A DNA stretch of 64,000 nucleotides from Eledone cirrhosa (lineage: Eukaryota). The stretch is from contig OZ024758.1 of the NCBI GenBank assembly GCA_964016885.1, forward strand, positions 17,856,001 to 17,920,000. The letters are read 5' to 3'. Numbering within the stretch: the stretch's first letter is position 1; each line of letters starts with the position of its first letter. Shown here piece after piece: positions 52,397 through 64,000 of the stretch. Made by a program: the position numbers and the translations under genes. The notes beneath the pieces were generated by a model. That model made no database searches. It worked only from the letters and a program-made list of their open reading frames with translations, and had not been told where the DNA came from.

Positions 52397-52640
52397 CGTC
52401 GGCGGCCGTCTGAGGAAGGAGCCCCGCGTGGTAGTGTGGTTGTCTCAGCGGGTGTTGCTGGCCATTGTCCGTGGGAATGCTGTTGCGTTCCTGTCCACGG
52501 GCACAGGGCCCAATACCCCCTCTCCCCTATTCTTCTGTGACACTAGAGCCCTTGCCTTTTCCTTCCTTTTCTGTGTTTCTTTCTATTTTCTTATTTTATA
52601 TACCATTCTTTCTTCCCAATCTAAATTTGGTTGGGGTGAA
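52397..52640 (+). mobile_element. CRE-clade 3' fragment with pyrimidine-rich 3' UTR
   Basis: VGGRLRKEPRVVVWLSQRVLLAIVRGNAVAFLSTG; UTR TTCTGTGACACTAGAG matches 54890-54910 (minus). Confidence 0.75.
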
Positions 52641-52794
52641 AATGTTAGTCAGTTTGAAGAGATAAGAGAAGCAAATTAAGGTAGACCTGATGTTTACAGG
52701 AAAGACATTTGGGCTGAAAGTTAAAGGTAAATGAAGGAACAGGTGGGGGAGAAGGTAAAGCCAATCAACTGGTTATTGTTGACAGGAATCTACG

Positions 52795-52868
52795 TTTATG
52801 GTGGACAAGATGGTGTCAGCAATCCTGCGCAGAATAGCCAGGGACATCCAGTGTCTTAGCCAACCGAC
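52795..52868 (-). mobile_element. CRE-clade fragment
   Basis: Minus frame VGWLRHWMSLAILRRIADTILST. Confidence 0.55.
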
Positions 52869-54493
52869 CTAGCATTAAGAGCTCAATAAAAATACAGTGT
52901 ATTTATCACCTAAATATAGATAGACACACTGCACTCATAAAGGTTATAATCGCCTACATATCCCGAAGCGTATGTTAGACACGATGAAAGCTGGCACATC
53001 GATATCTATATTTATTAAATGATTTAACATGGAGTTTATTTGGTCATTTGCCAGGTGACTGTAGAAGGTGGAAGCATCTACAGTAATTAAAGGCGTCCTT
53101 GTTCAAAACACTTTTCTTTGAAATGTATTAATTCCTTTAATATTATCTTATGGTGGCAAAGCTACCCTATGTAAATAAGATCAGCGCCGTATATCTTAGA
53201 GTGTTTGGGGGATTAATTATTTGCAATGTTAAGTTAAACTGATTGTTGTTCAATAAATATTGTTCGAATCTAAAATGTGTTCACGAAGTGGGCGTACCTT
53301 TCCCACAGTGTTTGAAGTAGTGTCTTTTTATATAATTTAAAATACATGGTTACATAACTTTGTATTACAAGTAAGTAAAACAATTTTCTCATATTTAATC
53401 TATAATATAGTAACTAACCACGTTGAGGAAGAATTGTACATTTATTACATAAACTGTTGAATATATTAGAGTTTATTACTAGAACATACCGAGCGTAGAT
53501 TGTAGAAATCTAAGTTCAGTTGAATCACGTGTATTTAGTAGAAGATGAAGTAAATAATATACAGTAGTGAAAAAAATAAATTGATTAAAAGTATTGACAA
53601 GCATTATATAGCATGTTTGAAATTTACGAAGAATCAGTTCACATGTGCAATTCTTTGATGAAACCATTTCTTTTTCACTTTAAACCACTAATGCTTTCGA
53701 GAAGCGTTTGAACATTCAGCACTTCAATTACACTTTCACTAACGTAAATGGCTTTTGTGCCTATTTAAAAGCCATCAATATAAATGGTTAAAAGTCGTAA
53801 TTATTATATGACTCACTTGGTGATCGCTAAAGAGCAAATATAAGCTCTTAGCATCCTGAGTCTGTGACCCGATATTGATTCTTGGTAACAGACGTCTTAC
53901 TTTATATTAGAATATATACAAAAATAAATTATAAAGTTAAACAGAAAGACACACGTCTTGTTTTAACGTAGCGTCACATCCTAGACTAGATTCTCGTTGA
54001 AAGCAATAGCAAATTTACATTTGGCGTGTACTTTTAGCTGCTCACGGGGGTAAGTTCGGATCCCTCTGTGCTGTTTGCTTATAGTAAAAATTCTGTGAGA
54101 ATTTTTTTATTTTCAGTTTTACTCACCCCTATCAGAGCCACATCTATTTTCACCAATACAACCACATTAACCACACTAGAGTGTTTCAAAAGTGAACACA
54201 TAAATTCACTTGAAAGATATTAGTTTAATATTTCTTATTTCCGAAATCATGCCCCAGTTTACAATTTGATGTTGGAATATTTATGTTGTACATATGTTTT
54301 CATTAAAATAAATGTTAACCTCTTTAAATAGTTGGTTGGCATGGAGATGACCGGTTCATTTAGGTGCTGGACAACGATCTAAACAAATCAGTGAAGCATT
54401 TTCTTCAATAACTTCTATATATTTTATCACTTTAGGAGCGTCTATGTCATAAAGATGAAAACAATTCTTTGCTGATAAAAACTGTATAAACAT

Positions 54494-54770
54494 GCGGTGG
54501 ATTGGCAGTATCGGTAGAGGGTCGGACGCCATGCTTTGCAGAACAGTTACGTCCCTTTACGGACTGAGTTTAAATCCCGCCGAGGTTAACTTTGCCTTTC
54601 ATCCTTACGGGGTCGATAAAATAAAGTACCAGTAATACACTGGGATAACTGCTGGCCTTGTGCCAAACGTAGAAACAATTATTTACAGTAACAATAATAA
54701 TAATAATTGTGTCTACTTTTGGCACAAAGCCAGCAATTATCCCAGTGTATTACTGGTACTTTATTTTATC
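54494..54770. mobile_element. Full SINE (+) followed by inverted SINE 3' part (-)
   Basis: 54494-54682 plus and 54703-54770 minus, separated by (AAT)n. Confidence 0.85.
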
Positions 54771-54789
54771 AGCCAACTATAATGACGGC

Positions 54790-55127
54790 CATAATAAAAA
54801 AAGAGAAACAAAGGGAACAAAAAAATAGGGAAATAGTGAGAAAAAAGAGAAAAAAAGAAGGAAAATAGCAAGAAGGGGAGAGGATGGCAAGAACTCTGGT
54901 GTCACAGTAGAGAGGGGAGGAGTGAAGGAGGAGGAGGGTCATTGGGCTTTGGGCCTAGGGCAAGAGGGCAGAAATGTTGCGCCCGCGGACAAGACGGCAA
55001 AAGGATTCCCGCGGACGATGGCCAGTGATACCCGCTGCAACAGCCACCCAACCTCGCGAGACTCCCTCCTCAGACGGCCCACCAATGCTCCGATCTTGCA
55101 GAGGAGCTCGGCAGTACAGGGTCCAAC
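54790..55127 (-). mobile_element. CRE-clade 3' fragment with 3' UTR
   Basis: Minus GPCTAELLCKIGALVGRLRRESREVGWLLQRVSLAIVRGNPFAVLSAG. Confidence 0.78.
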
Positions 55128-55421
55128 ATTAAGAATAAATATATCTTACAAATATCTTCTGTTCCTAAATGAAGCATTTACCACGATAACACACCTTCAT
55201 TCTGCAATTAACGAACAATATCCTAATGAAGAAATGAAATAACACATCATAGGACTCGCATTGACTCCTGTCATCAAAACAGTTGGTACGTCAAGTTAGC
55301 TAACTGGTCGGTCTATGTCATTTGCATGCTGAATATATACCGGAACAAATTAGACATTGTGCACCCTATGATCTACTAGAGAAAGTTACACGTGTCACCA
55401 GTACCATTCCATGTTGTAGAT

Positions 55422-55770
55422 CAGGCATGTCAAACATGCAGCCCGCGGGCGGCATGCGGCCATTTAAAAGCACACCTGCAGCCCGCACAAAGGTTTTTAC
55501 TGCGCGAGCATGTTTTATCTTTGTAAAATTAGTTGTAATGATTTACAACTGGTTCAGATGATTTATACCAGACATGACAAACATGCGGCTCCTTACAAGC
55601 ACGCATGCGGCCCGCACAAATGTATTTACAGCGTGAGCATGTTTTATCTTCGTAATATAAAATTTAAAAAATTAGTTGTAATGTGCGCAATTAGTTGTCA
55701 TGTGTGGCCCTCAGACAACACATATGTGACCCACGTGGCACTCGGGGGGACCCTCAGTTTAACATTCCTG
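55422..55770. mobile_element. hAT (Charlie-like) MITE
   Basis: TIR CAGGCATGTCAAAC / GTTTAACATTCCTG; exact 8-bp TSD TTGTAGAT; subterminal GGCCCGC-type motifs. Confidence 0.88.
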
Positions 55771-56760
55771 TTGTAGATAATTTGTTGTATCTTGCTACGA
55801 TTTATAGATGTTAACCTACATTTTATAACATTAAGTCACCAAACATTTGTTGTTTAACCCCAGGCCAGTTATGATCAACTGGAACTAAGACGAAAAGAAA
55901 TTGCAGCGTGACCACCTATTATATTATGTATATTGTGTTTTAAAATACATTGCGCTGTAAAACATATAAGTCATTAGTGTACACTGAGAGATATTCTTTG
56001 TTAGTTATTTCTGACTCATCAAGCGATCACGCAAAGTTTCAGTCGCTGCAAGCACTATTGTCTATTCGTGTAAGCAGCTGATGTTGTATTCTACATTAGA
56101 TTTTAGTAAATCATGCTCTTGTTGGCAACAATTGAAATTGTATAGCACAGAAGTGAATATATTAAAATATTTAATTTTCTCTCTATGTATTACCAGATTA
56201 GCTTTCTCATTCATCAGGGATATCTAGAATAATTAGAACTAATAACTAAATTATTCCCAGTCAAAATAATTTATTACCCTTGTAGAATATGATTGTATTT
56301 AAATTCAGAACATTGTAGGATGACGTTAAAAATGACACACTGAGGTGAGCTTCTTTTAATTTCAGATCCCCTTTTGATATTATTTAACTAAAATGTGACA
56401 AAAGTGTAAAACGATACGAGGAATTCTATGGAGATTTATAAACTCCACGGAAACTACACGGAAAAAATTCTGCGTTGAATACAAAATTATTTTGTTACCC
56501 ATATTTGATTTAATAGATTAAATAATGAGAATTGCATTTTAATTCAGAATTTTTATATACAAGGAATTTTTCAACACGCTCGCGCGTATGTATATATATG
56601 TGTGTGCGCGTGTGTATGTTCATATACGTACATTTATATGTATGAGTATATAAATATAATCGCGCAAACACAGACACACAGAATACACACTCTCAGACAT
56701 ACATTCACACATATACACATACATTCACACACACACACACACACACACATATGTGTATAT

Positions 56761-56834
<74 letters not shown>

Positions 56835-57254
56835 TCACACACGGCGTAACAAATGGTACGCCATACGGTATTTTGCTATAGTTTATTTCAATATCCCTTT
56901 CCTTCCTTTTACACAAACATACATTCACACAAACAAACACATTGTGTGACGGATAGACGGAAGCTGCTCAAATTTATATATAAAAGGAAATGGAATACTC
57001 ACAGGCCTAATACAATCAAATTACAAGAGTTATAGTAGTCAATATATTTGGGTCCTATCATGTACAAAAGGGCCCGACGTACTTTTCAAGAAATGGTAAA
57101 TAAAATGTTTGTCAGCTACAAATTCTCTCTGATTTAATTAGTATATTCAAACCGTATCCACACATGTGACGTGATACACATAATTGAATAAATTAGCGAT
57201 CTATAATGATCAAGGGTTATATCTCGTAACGTTTGTTATTTGCATCCCAAAATA

Positions 57255-57588
57255 TCTATATACTACTACTAAACTCTGTGATTGTGTCTTGTCTGTAATC
57301 TAATATAGCCCAAATGGGAACATATTTTGAAAGGGAGTTACCCTTGAAATGGGAATATAAATGGAATAAAGCAAGTTTCGTGTAAATCGGAGAACGGGTT
57401 CTCAGGATACAGGGTTTTTCCGGGTACCTTCATAAATAGAGAGAGAGAAAAAGATGGTGTTTGTGAGAAAGTAAATTGAAAGATAGACATGTTTGTGTGT
57501 GTTTTAATCATTTAAAATTATTTTTAAGTGAACATGATTTAAAAAAAAAGTTAAGTGAACGTGACTCGACGGGTCACGGGTGGTTTAG
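57255..57588 (+). mobile_element. Non-autonomous Helitron, second copy
   Basis: A|TCTATATACTACT..., hairpin CGTGACTCG a CGGGTCACG, TTAG|T end; homologous to 8821-9233. Confidence 0.82.
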
Positions 57589-58166
57589 TATAATCTAATT
57601 CTTCACGAGCGAGCACTGAATAGGAAGTAACCTCAATCTACGTTAGTTGAAACGTCTATTAAAAAACATCTTCTTTAAATATAAATATATATGCATTATG
57701 AATGATTTTTGAAATCACATTGCAAAGAAATACATTTCTAAAATCTTAGCTTCATTATATTATAATCTTACATTATTTTAACATGATATTTTTATGTGTA
57801 TTTATGTGTGATTTTTGCCTTTCCTGTACGAAATTACTGACAGCTTACTGATATAATTATTAGTTTAAAATTGTCTTGCATGATATTCTCTACATCAAAT
57901 ACTTTTATGGTATAGATAATTGCATTTTGCTCACATAATGATTATTTTCTGTTTAATGTAATGATGTTCATGTTAGAAACGAATATTACCATGTATTATT
58001 ATTGATCAAGAAGCGAAATTATCAATTTTCAGATATATAATATATCTTGGAAAAAAGTATGAATATTTCGCCAAATCACTAAACAAACTTAAAGCCCTTT
58101 AAATTAAATTCAGTGCGTTGATGGAAAATTTGCAAATGTTTAAAAACACTGCCGCAATGTAACGAG

Positions 58167-58204
<38 letters not shown>

Positions 58205-58232
58205 GATATAAAATTACTACATATATATATAT

Positions 58233-58560
58233 AAGTAAAAAAAGTGTTAGTAAAATCCAGTAGTTCAGTATGCGGATAGGGAGCACTCAACGCAGATATA
58301 AATTCCGGAGTTATAATAGTGACGAAACATAAGTCAATTGTATGAACTCATAATCCTGGCCTATCTAAGAACTTACTGACTGCCTGATGAGGTCATAGCC
58401 ATACAATGGCTATCATCAACAAAATATATAGCGGTAAATAGAGGATTATGAGTTCATACAATTGAATTATGTTTCGTCACTATTATAACTCCGGAATTTA
58501 TATCTTCGTTGAGTGCTCCCTATCCGCATACTGAAGTACTGGATTGACATGTCTCCTCAC
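58233..58560 (+). mobile_element. Fold-back element with a hammerhead in the central loop
   Basis: Arms 58255-58358 / 58442-58546; loop TTACTG(ACTG)C-CTGATGA-..ATAGCCAT aca ATGGCTAT..-AAAA-TATA-TA-GCGGTAA. Confidence 0.78.
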
Positions 58561-58568
58561 TATATATA

Positions 58569-58716
<148 letters not shown>

Positions 58717-58807
58717 CGTATATATATATATATATACATATATGATATGTTGATTTAAAACTGAACTATCCACAAGTGTGTTTTAACCTTCATATCATGT
58801 CCTCCTG

Positions 58808-58874
58808 TTTTATCTGATGAATACACAAATATTATTGCATGATGATATTTGTTTTTGAAATGCGCATAATAAAA
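58808..58874 (+). ncRNA. Type-I hammerhead ribozyme
   Basis: TTTTAT-CTGATGA-..ACAAATATTAT..ATGATATTTGT..-GAAA-TGCGCA-TA|ATAAAA; perfect 6-bp stem I, palindromic stem III. Confidence 0.85.
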
Positions 58875-58968
58875 TACATGGAACTCTTTTAACCATCTTT
58901 TGTTCTTATATATTATATACATATATATATACATATATATATACATATATATATATACATATATACAT

Positions 58969-59528
58969 GTAAAGTTATATTTAAAATTGTTGGGTTACAA
59001 CTAGTAAATATTTATAACTGATATAAAAGCACTCGACAAATACTTGGAGTATATTTACAATATTAAATAAATGGAAAACTATATTTATAAAACCATATTT
59101 ATTTCATTATATATATTTCGGGGATATCATATTAACAATATGCTATGCCTTCATCAGACAAAATACAATATAAACAGTTTTATAGATAAATATATTCGAC
59201 ATACCGTAATAAACATCAACTTCATTTGAAGAGGTTCACTCTAGCAGTGAAAATACAGAGAGAAAGAAAGAGAGAGAGAAAAGAGGGAAATAAGAAAGAA
59301 AGAAAGACGAAACGAAGAAAAGGAAGAAAAAGAAGAAAAAGAAGAAATGCATGGGACAAAATAGAGAGATGGAAAAATAGATAAAGCGAAGAGCTTCATG
59401 TAAAGAGACCGAAAGATATATATATATATATATAGAGAGAGGAAATAGAGATAGATACATATATAAATATAGATATAGAAAAATTAGGTAGTGGGAGGTC
59501 ATTTTGAGTAAGTGTATCAATGATGCAT

Positions 59529-59567
<39 letters not shown>

Positions 59568-60900
59568 GCTCAAGTATTAATGTAAGGGAGATATAGAGAG
59601 ATATAGAGAGATATAGAGAGAGAAAAATTTAAAAATAGCCAGACATATTCGAGGCGTAGAAAACCCTATGTTTTAATGTATTAGTATTTATAAAACTTAC
59701 ACTATATTGTAAATATCAGTATTCCTGAATGAAACAAGTATTCACAATGCGTGAAAATTTATTATCTTATGTTTAGTTTTTTAAAAAAATTCATATGTCT
59801 ATGTGAATCCAACTGATTCACTCCGCAAATTCAAAGTTACCGGAAAACATTCTCAATGTGGTATAAACATTTGAGCGTATTATTATTCTTGCGATTACTC
59901 TACAAGATTATCTATCAAGCAGAAATAGAGAGCAGATTTCAATATACTAATCGAAAATATATATTATATTATAAGCAGAGATAACAATAATAATGATAAT
60001 AAGTAAAAATATATAAAAATATAAAAATATAGAATAGAAAACTAAAAAAAGAATATTACGAAAGAATATTACATAATAAAAATATTGCATATTAAAAATA
60101 CTACGTATTAAAAATATTACGTATTAAAACTTTACATATAAAAATATTAAAAATATTAAAAATATTAAAAATAATTAAAAATAAAAAAATAAAAATTTAC
60201 ATATAAAAAAAAAAAAAAAAAAAAAAAATAAATAAATAAAAAAAAAAAAAAAATTTACATATAAAAATATTAAAAATAAAAATAAAATAAAATAAAAAAT
60301 AAAAATATAAAAATATTATAGAATACTACAATACTAAAAGAATAAAAATAAAAATAAAAATAAAAATAAAAATAAAAATAAAAATAAAAATAAAAATAAA
60401 AATAAAAATGAAAATAAAAAATAAACCACAAAGAACAACCCTTCAAGGTTAATTGACAATATATTGCCAAGTTCACTACAAGACAAAGCCAAAAATTATC
60501 TATCAAATCACATCTAGCAAGGAATATCGCAAAAAAAAGATTATGATGTCCAATAATGTCTACATATGTTCCTATATTTAATATATAAGTTTATCAAGTG
60601 TAAGGTTAATTCATAAAATTTGGAGCATCGGCTTTTAGGGTAGCTTAATTTTTCATGAGGAATGTTTAGATAAAAATAAAAATAAAAATAAAAATAAATA
60701 CAATAAAATAAACAGTAAAAAGAGGGAATCAAAGATTTAGGAATCAAAAGATTTATCGGCTAGTTCTCATATAAATATAAATCAAACTAAATATACTACA
60801 TTTTAAATTTAAATTTATATTTAAACGTTGAGTTTAATCTATGTTTGCAACAACTGAATAAATTTGTCCGTAGGTTAAGGGAATTTTTAGATTTTAGTAT
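58969..60900 (-). mobile_element. 5'-truncated Penelope-like element: endonuclease C-terminus, ~1.8-kb 3' region, hammerhead pLTR
   Basis: 60900-60796 reads [23 protein letters not shown] (cf. LN.RSEL.S.C.HR at PLE ORF ends); hammerhead CTGATGA-AGG..CCC-GAAA at 59157-59116; TA runs at both ends. Confidence 0.7.
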
Positions 60901-60932
60901 ATACATTTTTGTATATACATATATATATATAC

Positions 60933-60998
<66 letters not shown>

Positions 60999-61043
60999 GA
61001 TATAAAATATCTATATATGTATATGTATATATGTGTTTATATG

Positions 61044-61082
<39 letters not shown>

Positions 61083-61152
61083 GATATAAAATATCTATAT
61101 ATGTATATGTATATATGTGTTTATATGTATGTATATATATATATATATATAT

Positions 61153-61211
<59 letters not shown>

Positions 61212-61224
61212 CATATATATATAC

Positions 61225-61321
<97 letters not shown>

Positions 61322-61384
61322 AATACATATATATATATGTGTGTTTATATGTATATATATATATATACATATATATATACACAT

Positions 61385-61568
61385 TTATTTTTGCGAGGTT
61401 TTTGATATGAAATCGTGTGTCGAAACAAATATTGTTATACTTGGGGCGGGTCATATTTGTGTAATATTGCCAGAATTAATAACAGAACACACTCACTGTT
61501 TGGTTGGAGTGAGTGTGCTCTGGTATTAATTCTGGCAATATTACACAAATATGACCCTCCCAAGTATA
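61385..61568 (-). mobile_element. Fold-back element between TA runs
   Basis: Arms 61436-61494 / 61510-61568 plus a 50-bp tail; same family as 15318-15432. Confidence 0.8.
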
Positions 61569-61726
61569 TACATATATATATATACATACATATATATATA
61601 TATATAAACTTTCTAATTAAATAACCCTGTTCTACACATAGAGCACTCTTTTTCCTTTCCTTTTTCTTCGAAATTACCTAACATATACACACACATATAT
61701 ATATATATATATATTTAATATAGAAA

Positions 61727-61868
61727 TTCGGGAGAAATCATCCTGATGATTTCTCCCGAATGAAACAGTTGTAGTCTCGTAGAAGTGTTTCTATATTAAA
61801 TATTTATACTTTGCTTTGTATTGAGTACTTTACTTTCTGTGGTTACCCCCGATTGAACCAGGGATAAA

Positions 61869-61870
<2 letters not shown>
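61727..61870 (+). mobile_element. Hammerhead-bearing element whose 5' end folds back at the ribozyme core
   Basis: TTCGGGAGAAATCATC c TGATGATTTCTCCCGAA hairpin; CTGATGA-T-TTC tccc GAA-T-GAAA-CAGTTG-TA. Confidence 0.72.
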
Positions 61871-61906
<36 letters not shown>

Positions 61907-62319
61907 TATATATGTGTGTGTCTGTGTGTGTATATACCTATATGTATATACATAGACACGCACACACACACACACGCACACACACTCACGCGCGCGCATA
62001 CACACACACACAGCGAAAGAAAAAGAGACAATCTTGCGCAAAATGATGTACGGTGAGGGTATATTTAACGGTAGCGAATCATAGAAAGTGTGATAGCCAG
62101 AAGAAAATAATGGTATACTTGATATAATTGTTTTGACATCAAAAGTCTTGTATCTCCTCCAGCGTTCCGTTGTACTGTCAAACAACTAGCGTTCAACAAC
62201 AGATACATCACTAATCGATACCGTCCTTAAACCAGCTCTTGTATTTAGTTATAATCGCGCTTATTTCTTATTATATTACCTATAGTCTCTGTACCAAACC
62301 TCGTTGTCATTTATTCACT

Positions 62320-62421
<102 letters not shown>

Positions 62422-63171
62422 CATTATGAAGAGAGAAGAAACATTTTAGATATAATTAGTAATAAAATGTATCATACCTAAACTGCTCCTAGATTCCTCG
62501 ACTACGTAGTTTCGTGGCATAAACAAAAACAATACATCATAAAGATATAGAGTCCTTGCGAGTTATGCCGACTTATCAAGAGGATACCTCATTTTACTAG
62601 TCTCAAGAACGCGTCTACACGACGTGAGAAAGAATCCCAAAAGGCGGAGGGGGAGATAGTCACGCGATATAACGGTCGAGAAACAGAGCTAAGCCTCTTA
62701 TAACCCCGAAGAAAATACCACGGAGGCGGAGGGGGCATTTATATCGAAGCCGTAGAAGAGGTGGTGAGGGAGGCGAGAAGTATGAGTAATGGCAGCTTTC
62801 CAGCTGTCACCACACTTCAAAGATTACTCAACCAGAGGGAGTTATTAACAATATATTTAGAAACGCACAGATACATGCGGACACACACATATACATGTAT
62901 GCATCAACAAGTATAGTACATAGTTAATTGAAACGATAGGCCTTCCCACGATAATATAAATTATACGCCGCAATAACGTCAACAGAAATATATCTCTGAA
63001 TCTGGATTTCTAAGAGCCTATAGCAGTGATAAATAAATGTGTCTTCATACAATAACTATTGCTAGAAACGGATCTGTCTTGAGTGGCGCTAAAAACAAGA
63101 GTATTTAAACGATAAAAAACATAATGTACTCGAAAAATATGTCACGCACATCATAACAACATATATATACA

Positions 63172-63257
<86 letters not shown>

Positions 63258-63335
63258 TATTAATAATGAGTTCAAAACTCAGGCAGTCCTTTACAATGAA
63301 ATAGCTCAAAGAAAGAAATATTTCTGAGCCGTGTA

Positions 63336-63606
63336 ATACAAGTTAATATAAATTAATATATTTGATAAACACAAATACCAACATATCCGTGTTTGTATTG
63401 TAAATGACTAAGTTAGCTAGATTGAAATATACTAATTATAATAATACAGTTTGCCTGTCTCGATTTAAAATATTGATTTAATATTTTAAATCGAGACAGG
63501 CAAACTGTATTATTATAATTAGTATATTTCAATCTAGCTTACAATACAAACACGGATATGTTGGTATTTGTGTTTATCAAATATATTAATTTATATTAAC
63601 TTGTAT
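63336..63606. mobile_element. ~270-bp near-perfect palindrome abutting (TA)n
   Basis: ATACAAGTTAATATAAATT...CTCGATTTAAAATATT gattt AATATTTTAAATCGAG...AATTTATATTAACTTGTAT; one ~12-bp indel between arms. Confidence 0.85.
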
Positions 63607-63626
63607 ATATATATATATTTTTTTTT

Positions 63627-64000
<374 letters not shown>

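Noticed and set aside
62480-62850. GC-richer island as exon or LINE fragment
   Set aside because: No open frame or motif could be recognised

Overview
Very AT-rich, microsatellite-saturated animal genomic DNA. The repeat content (dense tRNA-head SINE, long (TA)n runs) suggests a cephalopod such as Octopus; this is inference. No host protein-coding exon could be supported, and nearly all ORF-track entries are translations of simple repeats. The only intact genes belong to a full-length Tx1-clade LINE (27931-33629; ORF1 with a zinc knuckle, ORF2 with APE-RT-CCHC). It sits with two 5'-truncated relatives in one (CTAT)n tract, all in the same orientation, which suggests GATA-microsatellite targeting. 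The most striking hidden signal is a population of short non-coding elements lodged in (TA)n runs. They carry minimal type-I hammerhead ribozyme motifs (about 18 motifs from many unrelated families, several textbook) and usually form fold-back palindromes. Two are physically linked to Penelope-like RT or endonuclease remnants. One ~140-bp family occurs ~10 times and repeatedly has its inverted arm ending at the same internal CCTAT site next to (TA)n, suggesting a fixed twin-priming mechanism. Also present: >30 SINE copies (chains and a 7x ~101-bp array), CRE, R4, RTE and CR1 LINE remnants, Helitron, piggyBac, hAT and Tc1/mariner MITEs, and an ~810-bp simple-repeat palindrome. Coordinates were read by eye and ends may be off by a few bases.
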